A stretch of DNA of 64,000 bases, taken from assembly GCA_023213395.1 (NCBI GenBank), contig CM041465.1:31503741-31567740 (forward strand). The letters are read 5' to 3'. Below the pieces are notes generated by a model, which ran no database searches, was not told the origin of the DNA, and saw only the letters and a program-made list of their open reading frames with translations. Source of the stretch: Cycas panzhihuaensis (taxonomy: Eukaryota; Plantae; Cycadophyta). This document shows, piece after piece, positions 48,378 through 61,869 of this stretch (the stretch's first letter is position 1; every line of letters begins with the position of its first letter). The position numbers and the translations under genes are program-made.

Positions 48378-51300
48378 ATTATCAGATTTAGATAACTTAA
48401 TGCCAACTTTAACAGGTGTAGCTAAGGCTTTACAATCATTCATCTTAAACTTTTAGAGTAAGTTCAAAGTATACTTTCTTTGGGAAATGAAAATGTTGTC
48501 ATCATCTTGCTACACTTCCAATCCTATGAAGTAATGCATCAAATGTAATTCAGTCATTTCAAATTATTTACACATATCATCTTTAAACTTTTGTGAGAGG
48601 TGGGAATCGTTTCCTATGTAAACAAGGTCATCTACATAAAGTCTTACTATCAAGATAGAATCTCCATTGAGCTTGATGTACAAATTTAGATTTGATTGGG
48701 TTCTTTCGAATCCTTAGTCTCTGAAATATTTATCAATCTAAGAGTACCATGCCCTCGATGCTTGTTTTAATCCATATAGTGCCTTTTTTAGTTTGTACAC
48801 TTTGTCTTCTTCTCCCCTGACTTCAAAACCTGGTGGCTGATAGACATAGATGTCTTTTTCAATATACCCATTAAGGAAACCATTTTTAACATCCATTTGA
48901 TGAACATCCTAACCCTTTTGGGCAGCCAAACTCAACATCATATAGGTTGTCTCCATGTGAGCAACAGAAGCAAAGGTTTCACTATAGTCTATGCCTTCCC
49001 TTTAGGTATATCCTTTAGCTACGAGTCTAGCCTTATGTTTATTAATTGATCTATCAGATCTAAATTTTGTCTTATAAACTTATTTGGTACCAATTGCCTT
49101 TTTATTAGTAGAAAAGTCAACAAGTTCCCATGTATCATTCTTCACTATGGAACTGTATTCCTCTTCCATGGCTTTTCTCTAATCATCATGCATATTAGCC
49201 TCAAAGGTATGAGGCTCATGAGTCTCCATGACTTGACTCATAAAAGAAAAGTTCACCCTATGGGAACGAGTAAATCTGCTATTATAGTCATTGTCCAAAA
49301 TATTGTCCAAGTTATGGTTTCTTTGAATCCATCTAGGAAATCTTTGTAGTGGAGGTTGAGAGGAGGTTCTCTCCCCACTTGGTATACTAATGCTTTATCT
49401 TGAATTGTGTCCATATAGCACATATGTGGACCCAGTTGTTGAATCAATGTTTATCATAACACCTTTTCCTTTGTCTTGAACATAATCAAAGTGATAACAA
49501 TCATTTTCTTTAAACATAACATCTTTGCTCACCATGAATTTTCTTACTTTGGGATCATATATTTTATAAGATTTGGAAGCATCATTATAGCCAATAAATA
49601 TACATTTGAGGCTTTTATCACCTAGCTTAGTCCTCTTTTGTTCAGGGACATGGACATAAGCTAGGCAACCAAAGACTCTTAAATGATGGATACTAGGTTT
49701 ATATCTAATCCATGCTTCTTCAGGTGTCATCCACCCAAGAGCCTTGGTGGTATACCTATTGAGTAGTCAAACAACAGTATGGACAGCCTCTGCCCATAAT
49801 TCATGTCCCAACTTTTTATCTTTCAACATGCACCTAACCATTTCAACTATGGCGTGATTATTTCGTTCAGCCACCCCATTTTGTTGAGAGGTGTAAGGAT
49901 TTGTGAGTTGTCTCTTGATGCCATGATGTGTACAATAGGCATTAAACTCATTTGAAATAAGCTTTCCCCTATTATCTGATCTTAAAGAGAGTATTTTATG
50001 CCCACTTTACCTCTCCACAAAGGTTTTGAAGTCGATAAAGCAATTGAATGCATCTGATTTAAACTTTAAGAAATAGACCCAAGTTTTCCTTATATAGTCA
50101 TCAATGAATGTGAGGAAGTGTTTAGCACCTGCTAGTGAAAGAACATCCATAGGGCCACAAAGATTTGTATAGATTAGATTGAGTGGTCCTTTTGCTCTAT
50201 AGCTACCATCAAGAAAACTTTCTCTATGTTATTTTCATAGGAGACAATTTTCACAAATATCTTTGTTTAGTTCAATTTGAAATAACCCATTATCCATGTC
50301 CATTTTCCTCATGAGTGCTAAACTATTATAATTTAAGTGGCTAAATCTTTTATACCATATATCACTGTCAAGTTTGACTATAGTTCTCAAAGCATAATTA
50401 TTTGATGATGTGAAAACTAACTTAAAGAGTCTATCTTTAGTCATTTTTCCTTTCATAACTACCACATTATTCTTCCTCTTATCCTTAATAGTACATTCAC
50501 CATTGTCAAATATAACTTTGTAGTCTTGGCCCATCATCTGTCCTACTGATAAAAGGTTTTTCTTCAAAGCTGGAACATAGAGTACATCATCAAGATGTCG
50601 ATATTTACATGATTTTGTCTATAGGATGATATTACCCCTTTCAATAGATTTGTGAGAGGTGTCATCTCCAAATATAATGGACCCCTTTCTAGTTCTATCA
50701 ATGATTTGAAATATATCTTGTTTGTGGATCATATCAGTAGAGCAGTTGGAATCAATGTACCAACAATATTCTTCTTCCTCATGAGTAATGAAGCTAGATA
50801 GGAATAGTCGATCGTTTTCCCTTATTTCAACAACTGTATTGGAACTTCCCCTAGTAGGTGGACCGTTCTTGGAAAAATATTTATCTTCTATATGACTAAC
50901 TTTGTTGCAGAATGAGCAATGAATTAGATCCCTTCTTTCATAACTAAGACTCCTACTTTGAGGATTGGCTCTATCAATAGTGGATGGTCTCCCTCTTTCC
51001 AAATATGGAGCTTGGTTATCCTTTTGTCTATTGTTGGGATAATTAAAGTTGGTCCTTTGAGAGTTCATATGGCCTTGACAATTGTGGCAACATTGATTTG
51101 CCTCATGGTGCCTTTCTTGACTTTGATATCTTGTATGACTAAGATTCCTTTGGTTTGCTCATTGATTTCTTAGATGTGAAGCTTGATATCTTACTTGTCT
51201 TTCTTAACATACTTCTTGTCTAAGGTGTCTTTCTCTCCCCCTTAGGGTTTGATCCATAGGTTTTGAGCTTTCGTCTTGTAAGTTTGATTTGATCCTAACT

Positions 51301-51914
51301 TTGATTGCAAATACATGCTCTAGTGATTCACTTATGTTCTTTCTCTCCTCAACCACCATTAACATGGCACTTAGTTATTCAATTTTCAAGGTGCTTAGAT
51401 CATTTGAAACCTCTATATTGGTTGCCACCATTTCAAATCTTTTTACTTCACCAACACATTTTAAAATTCTCTCAACAACCTTTTGTTCGATTAATGTTTC
51501 ACCAAGGAATCTCATCTGGTTCACAAGGTCTTCAACCTTAGTTATGAATTTAGTAACTGAGTCATTAAACATCATTCTTAAGTTTTTAAATCTGCTTCTC
51601 AAGGTTTGTAGCTTGGATGAGGTTACCCTTTTATAAATAAGTTGTAAAGTATCTCAAGCCTCACTCACCTTAAGAAATATACGATCCTTTAGGGCATAAA
51701 AAATCAATGCAAGGGCCTCATTATCCTTTTTTATATTTTCCTTGAATGCTAGTTTCTCTAGATCGGTTGTATTTTGATATGGTTCATTGTATCTTGTCTT
51801 CATAATATCCCTCATGCCTTTAGCGATGACGATGGGTCTCATCCTCCTACTCCAATTTAAGAAGTTAGATCCATCAAATTTTGGAATAATCACGTTGCTA
51901 AAACCAACTACCAT
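48378..51914 (-). pseudogene. gag-pol: Copia F gag, protease, integrase, RT
   Basis: PKFDGSNFLNWSRRM (ORF 51654-51914), CSFCNKVSH and WYIDSNCSTDM (ORF 50619-51068), TPEEAW..LRVFGCLAYVHVP (ORF 49395-49730), LYVDDLVY ~48617-48640. Confidence 0.94.
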
Positions 51915-52488
51915 TATATTTCAAATAAAATTTTATCAAGTATTTCTTAAGGTTATAAATGTCCTAAATAAAGTTTTGATAAGTGTCTTCCAAAGTTATA
52001 AAGTTTTTATAAGTGTCATAGTCCCTAAGAAGGTTTTTAGGCTCTAAGTTTGTGGGTCTCAAAGAGAAGCCTTCGATTACTATCATATCTAGTGGCACCT
52101 GCCTACAAGTGACAAATCAAGGATCCAATATACCGGTATGTGAGCTCTTGGCTCAATATACCTCAGTACGTAGGCTGCAAAGAATGTGCTAGACCCCCTA
52201 ACTTATTTGTTCATCTGTGTTAGTCTTATACCTAACGATAGATCTAGCAGTGATGGCTTTACCAACCAAGGCACTCACCCTCTCAAAGTCTAGCCTTGGT
52301 TTCCAAACTCCAGAATAAGAAAGGTTTATCACCTTACCCTACCACCTAATATACTAAATAACCAATGATGTTCCTTATCCAATATGAGTAGGGGCGTGCG
52401 TGTGGTGGTAACTTCAAGAGTTCTAACCATTCCCCTTGAAAAGCTAAAAATAAAGGAGGTTCTTTCAGGTAATTATCCTTTTTTAATT

Positions 52489-52598
<110 letters not shown>

Positions 52599-55235
52599 GT
52601 GTGTGAATGTGGTCTTGTTTAACAAGATATGATTTCTTTTTAATCAATAACTGAAAAAGAACTTAACAATAAAAGCAAGACGTATCCTTTCGAATTGAAA
52701 TCAACAAATGCTCATTTTGAATAAAGATATACAAATGAAGTATATAAGCTTTCAATGAATCTAAATGCATCTTGATAAGATGAAATACTTTTGAAGCAAA
52801 CTAGATGCACCTCTAAAAGAATTATGATTAGTCAATAAGCAACTAAAAGAAAACCAAAATGGATCTACAATTCATTTCACTATTCAAAATGACATATGTG
52901 AACCTTAAAAAGTAAAGACCTATGAAATGAGCAATATAATGCAATGTAATGTAGCTGATTTGAGCTTTCAAGTGTAATGGAGATGGTCTTAATTCAACTT
53001 TCAAGATGCTTTACTAATAAGCCAACAAATAACTTGAAATATACATGAACTTTCAAATAGATGCCTTCTCAATCAGTGAAAAAATAATTTGGTAATAAAA
53101 GGAAAATTTATATTTTCAAATTAGATTCAATGAATGCTTTTGCAAAATCACTTTCACAATGATTCAAATAAGTTTTAGAAATAAATAAAGTACTTTGAAT
53201 GATCTTATGCAATTAAATGCACCTTGAAATGCTTTTGAGAGATGAAATTGAGCAAAATGAGTCTTCTATTCGATTCACTATATTGATGAAACCATTAAGA
53301 ATAAATAAATAGCAAATGTTCTTCTATATGAGCTCTTTTAAATTTAAAAAAAATATATAGTATACTTATGAAAGTGGTCCTGAAATATGCTTATTTATTT
53401 TACTTCAAATGCACCTTTTAAATAAATACTTTAAAAAAGCAAAGATGGCCTTAAATGAGCAGAAAATATGCCTTAAATGAGCTCTAGAATCAAGATTACA
53501 AGTTAAAAAGTAAAGTGACTACTTTAGAATAAAGTTATAAGAAGTTTTAGTGCACCAATTTGAAGCTTTTATTCTCAAAGGGGCTCCTTCTCTCCAAAAG
53601 GCCAAAGTAGGGTTAAATAGCTGCAAAATTGAGTTGTGAACCTTTAAAATAGATAAAAAATTATCAACAACTGATTAGTAGCTCAATAATAAATAAGTAT
53701 GTTGAGTTAGAATGAAAAAATTACTTGAAATATTTAAAAATATGTCAATCCAGGATCAAAAGGAAGCCTTGACTTCACCAGCTTCAAAATCTTACAAAAT
53801 GGTGTCAGATCTCATTAAAAACTACTTCAATACATAGAGAATTGAAATACCTCTATAATAGATCTAGTTATTTGAAAAATGATTCTTGGATCAAAAGATA
53901 TAATGGAAAAAGTGCAAGGACCCCTTTATGATAAATAAATTAAAAGGGGGGGGGGGGGGGGGGTTAAGCCCCTTAGATGAAAAGGCCCTTGGTCATGTGG
54001 AGGCCAACGAGACCAGCCGCTAAAGTCTAAAGGGGGCTCCAGAATCCAAAATATATAAAATTTAGTTAGTCCCCTTAAAAACCAAAATTAAAAAAAATAA
54101 TAATAATAACACTTTCAGATTTGCCCCCTTAACATAAGAAACGAAGTCATATGGAGGCTAATGTGACCAGACATTCACGGCGAAGGGGGCTTAGCTAAAT
54201 CACACCCACGGAACTGAAAACTCAATTCAATTCAATTTTGTTTTATTAAAACTTTATAAAAAAATAAAAGATTTCAATCAAATTTACACATACGTTGACT
54301 AGTGGCTTGCGTAGATTAAAAAACTGATCAAATCGATGAGAGAACAATGATTTTGATTGATCTTAATCATGGAGGGGGGGCGACCAAGATCAAACAACAA
54401 ATATGTGAAAAAATATATATTTATTTATATAAAAAACAAACAGAAAGCAAATCCACTGGAAAAATATGATGATGAACAGTAGAGGTTTGATCAATCTCAA
54501 TGATCAAATCGAACACTAAACAACTTGAGAAATCACCCTATTGTAGGTGCAGAGAATGGATGTCCAAGAATATAAGGAAAAGTTTTGAAAGGAAATGAGA
54601 AATAGCCAAAAAACGGGAGAAAGACAAGCCGATCGGTGGGTTTCTTGTAGAACTATAAAGAGGCTGAGGCTTAAGTGAGAGATCTCACAGACGGAGGGAC
54701 AAAAACTCAAACCGTCTTCACGGTCAGAATAAGCAGTCATATGGCACAATTATGCTTGCTTAATAAGGAGTAGGAGCTTAATGAATCTAGGTGTAGTCGC
54801 CAATCCCTAGGTTGAAGAAAAACTTTTTAGAAAATAACAAAAATTTGATAGATTTTTTACTGAGTAATTACGAGAAGAAGCCCAATCATCAAAGCAGTCG
54901 TAAAAAAAGAGTAACCACGAGCCACGCAGAGTCAAAACACTAGGGAGGGCGCACGTAGGTCGAATGTAATATATATAAAAGAATATAATATATATCAAAA
55001 GTTTCAAAAGTAAATTATTAAATAATCAAAAAATCAATGAACGAAACACTCGGAGACCACGCCTATTGTGGTTCTGTATGGAGGGTTATACAGAACCACA
55101 ATACCAAATATATAGATTGTATCACTTAATATATGAAAACCTAACAATAGAAGATAACAATTTAACAGTGCCAAATGAACTATTGTATATTCAACGTTTC
55201 TTGGAACCTACAAGTGAGTTGGCTCTGATAACAAA

Positions 55236-55548
55236 TGTTGATTACAGAGGATAGAGTAGATCAAATTCTTTCAAGCCATATTGAAGTAGTAATCAAATTC
55301 TAAACATTCAAAGGTGGTGTTAAAAAACACTAAGGTGGTAGACCCAATATATTTATAGATTTTGGAGAGGCGAGAGGTTTCCTCAACCCAATCGTTAGTC
55401 AAATATTTAAAAAATAATAAATCAAAGTACAATCCTACCTTGTCGGCTCGAGGACAGCTTGTGGTGGCTTGGAGACAACTGGTGGTGGCCTATCGGTTCC
55501 TAATGCACCTTTGCACGTAGGTTAAGCACAATGGACATTATTCTAACA
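55236..55548 (-). repeat. 5' LTR of copia F
   Basis: Adjacent to PBS; matches 34943-35255. Confidence 0.92.
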
Positions 55549-56434
55549 CCTCTCTGGATTTCATCTCTCCTTTGTATGCATTGATAGGGGTAGTTCCCTG
55601 GTTGCCTACAATGATAACATATATCAAATACCTTGCAGTTGCTAGAGAAGTGACCGGACTTCTCACAATTAAAACAGGGCCTTACATCTCTTGGAGGATT
55701 TGAGTGTCCTTGTCCTCTGTTTCTTGCCACCTTCTTCGGGATGGACTTCTAAATTTTGGAGTTCGTTCACATCCATGAGATTGACCTCGGCCTTTAGGTC
55801 CTATATTTAGTTTTGTCACAAAGCCATCTTCTATTTTAGCTACGTCTTCATACCGTTTGTTCCTCTGCCCTTATCTTAACAATAACCTAGTTAGAGCATC
55901 AAGAAACATTGTGTCAATTTGATTATTGTTGGTTATTGTATTAACTGTGACATCAAACGATTTTGGGAGCTTGCTTGCTATCATCTCTACAACTTCTTGT
56001 TTGATAATGCTTGCTTCTGCACTTAGAAGGTTATTTCTAACCGAGTTGACTTTGTGTATAAACTCTAATATAGTGTCAGTTTCTTTCATGTATAATTTGA
56101 ACAGTTATTCTTTGAGTGCTATGATTCTAACCTTATTCTTCTAACTGTACATATTTTCAAACATGCTCCAAATTATAGAGGATGAATTTAATTTTTCATC
56201 ATAGATAAGGAGAGGATCATAAACAGAGAACTTTAATACTATTACCCTTATGTTATCTCTTTCTTCCCAACTAGTTAGATTAGACCCAGCTACAGTTGGT
56301 ATTACTTCAGCACATGTGGCTATTGTACAAGAATTTTTTGCCCTTAACAAGGTCTTTACCTTAATTTTCCATACATGATAATTAGCATCTGCTAGTTTGT
56401 TCTGATCAGCTACGACCAAGATTGAGGAAGCCAT
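55549..56434 (-). pseudogene. gag: Copia C gag with two zinc knuckles
   Basis: NYHVWKIKVKTLL (ORF 56141-56434); CFNCEKSGHFSSNC and CYHCRQPGNYPYQC (ORF 55500-55730); frame continues at 34942. Confidence 0.92.
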
Positions 56435-57081
56435 TTTCTAACAGTAATAGCAGAGAAATCTGAATTCGGCCATACAACTATATGGATTTCCATACGAAAA
56501 TGAAAGTGTATGAACAAGTACAATATGTACCTCAAAATAAAGCACTTTTTACAAGGGTTCCATATTTGAGATTATATTTTAGAGATGGCTTCTAGTTTGT
56601 GAGAAAACTTGCTCGAAATATCTAGATGGGCAACTAAGGTTTTTCAAAAAATTGCTTCAAACTTTTGAAATCTTTAATCAATCTCTTCAAAAGAGGATTC
56701 AAAAGAATCATATCACTGAAATACAGAGTTTACAAGTGATTTTACTCAGATTGATGCAAGATTCTGATCAAAAATTGTGATTGGGTGTTCAAATACACAT
56801 GGACTAGTAAGTGGCCAAAAATTGTCTCAAAACGATTTCAAAGTGATGTATGTACCAAGGTCTATCTACTGACCAAGTTTTATTAAATTCTGAGTACTCT
56901 CAAATTCCTCTGACCGTACAAGCCCATACAAAATTGATTTCTACAATCTTCTCGATTTTCTAGCGATTTTAATTCCCCTCTTCTTCAATGGTTATTTTAA
57001 CCTCTTAGTCTTTCTTCAAAACGACACATGATATCTTATAGTTCCTCTCTCAAGTAGGAAGATCGGCCTACTCTGATACCA

Positions 57082-57289
57082 TGTTAAACTTCAGACTCAA
57101 ATTGATGAGAATGACTTGATTGATTTATTATAAAGGAGATAGTCTCCTTAAATATACAAGTACATATAATTTATACATGTATAGATGACATATGTCAGAC
57201 AAGTGTCTAAGTTATATTAGGAGTTACATAAAGAGGGATTAAGACATTACCCTGAAGATACCTTTAGGATAAAACATTATATATGAACA
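57082..57289 (-). repeat. 5' LTR of copia C
   Basis: Adjacent to PBS; matches 28407-28616. Confidence 0.9.
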
Positions 57290-58900
57290 CCACATAGATC
57301 AGTATGAGCTAATTCTAAATTTTTATGTACTTTTCATGTGGTTTGGTAGAAAGGATCTTGGTGTTGCTTGCTTATCATACAACTTTTTCATATAAAGGAT
57401 TCAAAAGATATTTCACATAAACCATCCACCATATTAGAATTCCTTAACAATTTCAATTATCTATTTGCAATGTGGCCTTACTTAGAATGCAATATCAAGG
57501 GACATTACAAAATGAACAGGCAGAACAAGAGTTGAAATCAATGTATAGAGATTATTAATTTCCACTCTTGTAATTACAATCCCATCATTTTTCATGTTAC
57601 GAATGTGACAACTTCTATCTTCATTAAAAATGACTATGAATCCCTTTTTTCTTAACTTGAATACAAATAAGAGATTTTTTTTAGGCCAAGTGCATAAAGA
57701 ACCTCTCCAATTTTTTTGACTTTACTATTAATTGAGATAGCAATAGTACCTTTCCCTTTACTTTGCAGAAAAAGGTTATTAACAACCTCCACAATTTTGT
57801 TGATAAAATATGGCCTTAGCATTTCAAACCATTCTTCTCTCCCAATCATTTGATTTGATGCTCTTGAGTCTATGTACTAATCTACATTTTTGTTGGCGTG
57901 CATGGATAGAACTGTGATAAATGCGGCTTCTTCATCTTCTTCTTCTACCTGTTCATGGCTATTGTTTACTTCTACTCTCTTCCCTCTCTGAATATCAGCT
58001 TGCTTTTGCAGACAATGATTTGGAGAGTGTCTTGTTCTTCCACAATAATAATAATTTGGTAAATTTTGTATTCTACAATCACTAGCTAGGTGCTTGCACC
58101 TTTCATAATGAAAACATTCTTTGGGTTCTCTAAGTGTAGATCTACCTCTTCCTTCTTATCCCCATGGAGCTCTCCTTCATCCTTTTGGAGACTAGGATGA
58201 TCTGGCTAAAAATCTAGGCCATCCTCTAGTAAATCTACTATGTCCTCTCATCATATTTCTGGATTGTCCCCTGCTTTCTAGATTCAACTTTGAAAGAAAT
58301 GCTTCATCGATGTATATTTCTTCTTCATATATTTTCTTCTTTTGTTCTTCTTGTAACATGTACCCTGTCAAGGTGTCAAAAGACATATTTGTTTTATGCC
58401 CACCTATGGTAAGTGTATTTAATATAGTGTCAAATGATTTTGGCAATTTATTGATAGGTAGATGAACAAGTTAAGAGTCAATTATAGTTTTGCCTACAAA
58501 AACTAAACCATTCTTGATCTCAACTACCTTAATTATAAAATTTGGTATGTTTTCTCCTTCTTTGATATTGACCGTATAAAGTTGTTCTCTTAGAGATATA
58601 ATTTGTGCTTAATTCTTTATATAGTAATGCTAGAATTTTCCAATCTTTTAGAGAGTTAGAGGTAGAACCTATGTGGCTCATCAAGGAATCTCCTACAGAC
58701 AACATAATTGTGACTAAAGCACTTTTGTCCCTCTCTTTTCAACTAATCACATCCATTATATATGTGGGTTTAGTTTTCTTCTCTGTGACTATGTCCTATG
58801 CATTTTTCGCCATTAAGAGACCTTGCATTTTAAATTTCCACATGTTATAGTTTTTCCCTGTGAATTTATTAGATTCTTCGAGGGAGAAAACTAAGGCCAT
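57290..58900 (-). pseudogene. gag-pol: Copia B gag, protease, integrase N-terminus
   Basis: MALVFSLEESNKFTGKNYNMWKFKM from 58900; LPKSFDTILNTL..MLQEEQK (ORF 58192-58446); YIDSRASNQMIG ~57840-57878; LELAHTDLC ~57292-57318. Confidence 0.9.
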
Positions 58901-59596
58901 TTTGAGTGATTCTTTAGTATTTGAAGGGTAAACAAAGGATAAACATGACAAGTTGTGTTTTGTTCGTATGGTCGTATAACTGTATATATTTGTATGAAAA
59001 AAAGTAGAACTATATGAAATGAAGAAGAAAGGGTTTCAAATTAAAACTGATGTTCTACACACTTAAGATCTACAAAAAAAGTAAAATAAAATAATTCCCT
59101 CTAGATTCTTCAAAAAAAGGTAAAAAGGTACAGTCGTGTAGGGTTTTTCGACTAAAAAATGCTTGTATCTTTTCAAAAACCCAGTGAAATCCAACAAACT
59201 TATAGGCAAATGAGAGATCTTAAAGAAACGAAGAGTTTGATTTCAATTTGACTCTAAAAAACTAAGGGAACTAAGAGAAATTTGTGAATGAAACTTTAGA
59301 TGGGTGCCCAATGTAAAACGGTGTTTTCTCACTTAACAATAAAGAATTCAAGTTCGAGCCTTTTGAACAGATTGATTTCCTTGTCAAAATGAATCTACCC
59401 ACCAAATTTTGTTTGATTCTAAACACTTTGAAAATTTACATCTGTACAGTTTTGTACTACTATTAATGTGATTGTATTGCGTCCTTTTCTTCTTGGTTAA
59501 ACTAAAGACACTTTCTTCAAATTGAATTTTTTAAATTATCTCTTACTAGGTTTAAATTTCAAACAGGTTTAAACTTGCAAACTTACTCTGATGCCA

Positions 59597-59808
59597 TGTC
59601 AAAACACTTAATGAATCTAAGAAGAAAATAGTTTAATGCATTTATGATGAGAGAGAAACTCTCATATAAACACATCACGTGTATATAAAAAGGCCAATGA
59701 ATGTTGGTCAAGTGTCAATAATATAATAAAGAGGAGTTGGACACGTAACCCTCAACTTTACCTTAAAGAATTTTAGAATACAAAAGATAGAACATTATTT
59801 CTCTAACA
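59597..59808 (-). repeat. 5' LTR of copia B
   Basis: tgtc...ctaaca next to PBS; matches 20477-20659. Confidence 0.87.
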
Positions 59809-59852
59809 TGAAGGTGTTAACATCAATAAACAAAAATACTACTACATCAACA
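59809..59852 (-). repeat. Displaced outer 44 bp of the Tat-like 5' LTR
   Basis: tgaaggtgttaacatcaataaacaaaaatactactacatcaaca matches tgtaggtgcttatatcaataaacaaaatattattgtgtcaaca (9652-9694). Confidence 0.8.
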
Positions 59853-61349
59853 AGTAACAAAATACCTCTTAATTTCATGATCCTTGCAAAACTAAATGAA
59901 CTCATTTGAAGTGTATTCTCCACCATTGTTGATTTGCATGGGCTTGATTTTGTGCCCACTTTCATTCTTTACCAACTCCTTGAGTTGTTTGAAGTGGATG
60001 AAGGCTTGAGATTTTCTCTAAGTGGAAAAACCCTGAATTTTTGTGAAACATCGTCAATGAAAGTGATGAAATATCTCACTCCACCAAGCGAGACGACAAG
60101 TATTGGTCCATAAATATCTAAATAAACTAATCCTAAGTTTGCTCTGCCTCTCTATGCTTTCTTCTCAAAAATGGTTTTCTATGTTATTTTCTAAAAATAC
60201 AAGGTTCATACAATTAACTTTTATAATAGAAAGATCATACACCATTTTTAACTTATGCATTAATTAGAGGCTTGAGTAATTCAAATGACCCATTCATTCA
60301 TGCCATAATTTCTATTTTAGAGATATAGAAAGAAATTCTCTTTGTACTTCAAAGTGTCCTTGCAAATTGTACAAATTATTTTGTCTAAACCCTTTGGCTA
60401 CAACCTTGTTTTATTTGTCTTAGATTATACACTATCCCCAAGTAAACACTATAAACATATTTTATTGTTTAATTTCATCTACTGAAACAAGATTCACCTT
60501 CAGATTTGGTATATACAAAACATTATCTAAATACTATCGTTCACCATTTGGTATGATGAATGGTACCTTTCCAACTCTAGTGGCCTCCAAATCAATGTCA
60601 TCCTCAATGATGACCTATTGATTCACCTCCCACATTTGGTAAAACCATTCAAATCTTCCAATCATGTGTCTTGATGCACTATAATCAATAAACTAGACAT
60701 TCTATGCATTAGATCCTGTCCTATATGCTACAACAAATAGTTGCTTTGCAATTTCAACAAGTGTGTCCTCTGCTACATTTTTGATGTGACCACATTATTT
60801 AGATGGTCACTATGATCGTTGTTGTTACTTTTATTGTTGGGCTTGCTATTGAGGTTACTGTGAACATTGTTATTGCTGCCATTCCCAACAATTCTTTTTG
60901 ATGTACCCCAACTTCCCATAATGATAACATTTTGGCCCCTATTGCCCCTTTGAAGCTCTTAATTTATTTTTTTGAAAAGCAAGTTCAAAAAACGCATTCT
61001 TCTTTACAACATAGGACTTCTTCCCTTTCAATCTGGACACTAGTGCTCCAAACAATTCACTGTGCATCTACTTCAATTTATGTTCGTGTTCTATAAGCAA
61101 AGATTCCAAAGAACTAATATTTAGAGTGGAATAAGTTATTAGATAATGTTAATGTGGTCGATAAGTTCTTACACTACACTGATAGACTTAGAATATAGGC
61201 TATGATCTCTAAATAAGGTATGATCTCGCCTATTGTCATGAGTTAATTCTATATAAATCTCATATTTCATATGTATTCTATCATATTGTCTACAATCTCC
61301 AAACTGTACAGCTAACTCCATATGTTCAAGATTCTCACCTTACCCTTGT
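59853..61349 (-). pseudogene. gag-pol: Copia A integrase N-terminal half, protease, gag C-terminal half
   Basis: YFITFIDDVS ~60050-60075, LWHE*MGHLNYSSL ~60270-60308, IDYSASRHMIG ~60660-60690, knuckle CYHYGKLGYIKKNC ~60890-60930. Confidence 0.9.
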
Positions 61350-61856
61350 TGTAACGTATCTTCCACAATAGAGGACTCTAAAGAGAGAGAGAGAGAGAAG
61401 TAAAAGAAATAATAAGAACCAAAGAGAACCAAAAGAGACAACTGATCACCAAAAAGAACTAAAGTTCTTTCTCTTAAGTAATATAAACCATGAATGAATT
61501 ACAATGAAGACCCGAGAGGGTATATATAGTGCTTCAACTACTAAGGTTTACTTCCCACTAGTGCATGTGGGATAAAAACTTGTACCTCTATTTTAAGCAC
61601 TTACTAAATAAGTGAGTATTACAAAAACACAACTATTTGCTAAATGCATGTGCAATACAAAAACATAACTACTTGCTAAATGCATGTGTAATACAAAAGT
61701 ACCACTATTTAAGTACTTGCTAAATAAATGAGAATGACTATTTAAGCACTCACTAAATGAGTAAGTACTATAAAATATTCATGAGATCACATAACCCTTT
61801 GGCGAATTCCAAATGCTAATACTTCCATTCACTTATAGAGATAGGGTTATGTTACA
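61350..61856 (-). repeat. 3' LTR of the chromovirus (507 bp)
   Basis: TGTAAC...GTTACA termini adjacent to PPT. Confidence 0.87.
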
Positions 61857-61869
61857 AGTCCCTCCTTAA

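Noticed and set aside
51289-52047. Plus-strand ORFs (also 29976-30233, 55926-56144, 58605-58850, and minus-strand 40714-41034)
   Set aside because: Antisense shadows of gag/pol frames with no independent motif
53946-53963. Poly-G as a PPT or G-quadruplex element
   Set aside because: Homopolymer within the copia F leader with no adjacent LTR start; length unreliable
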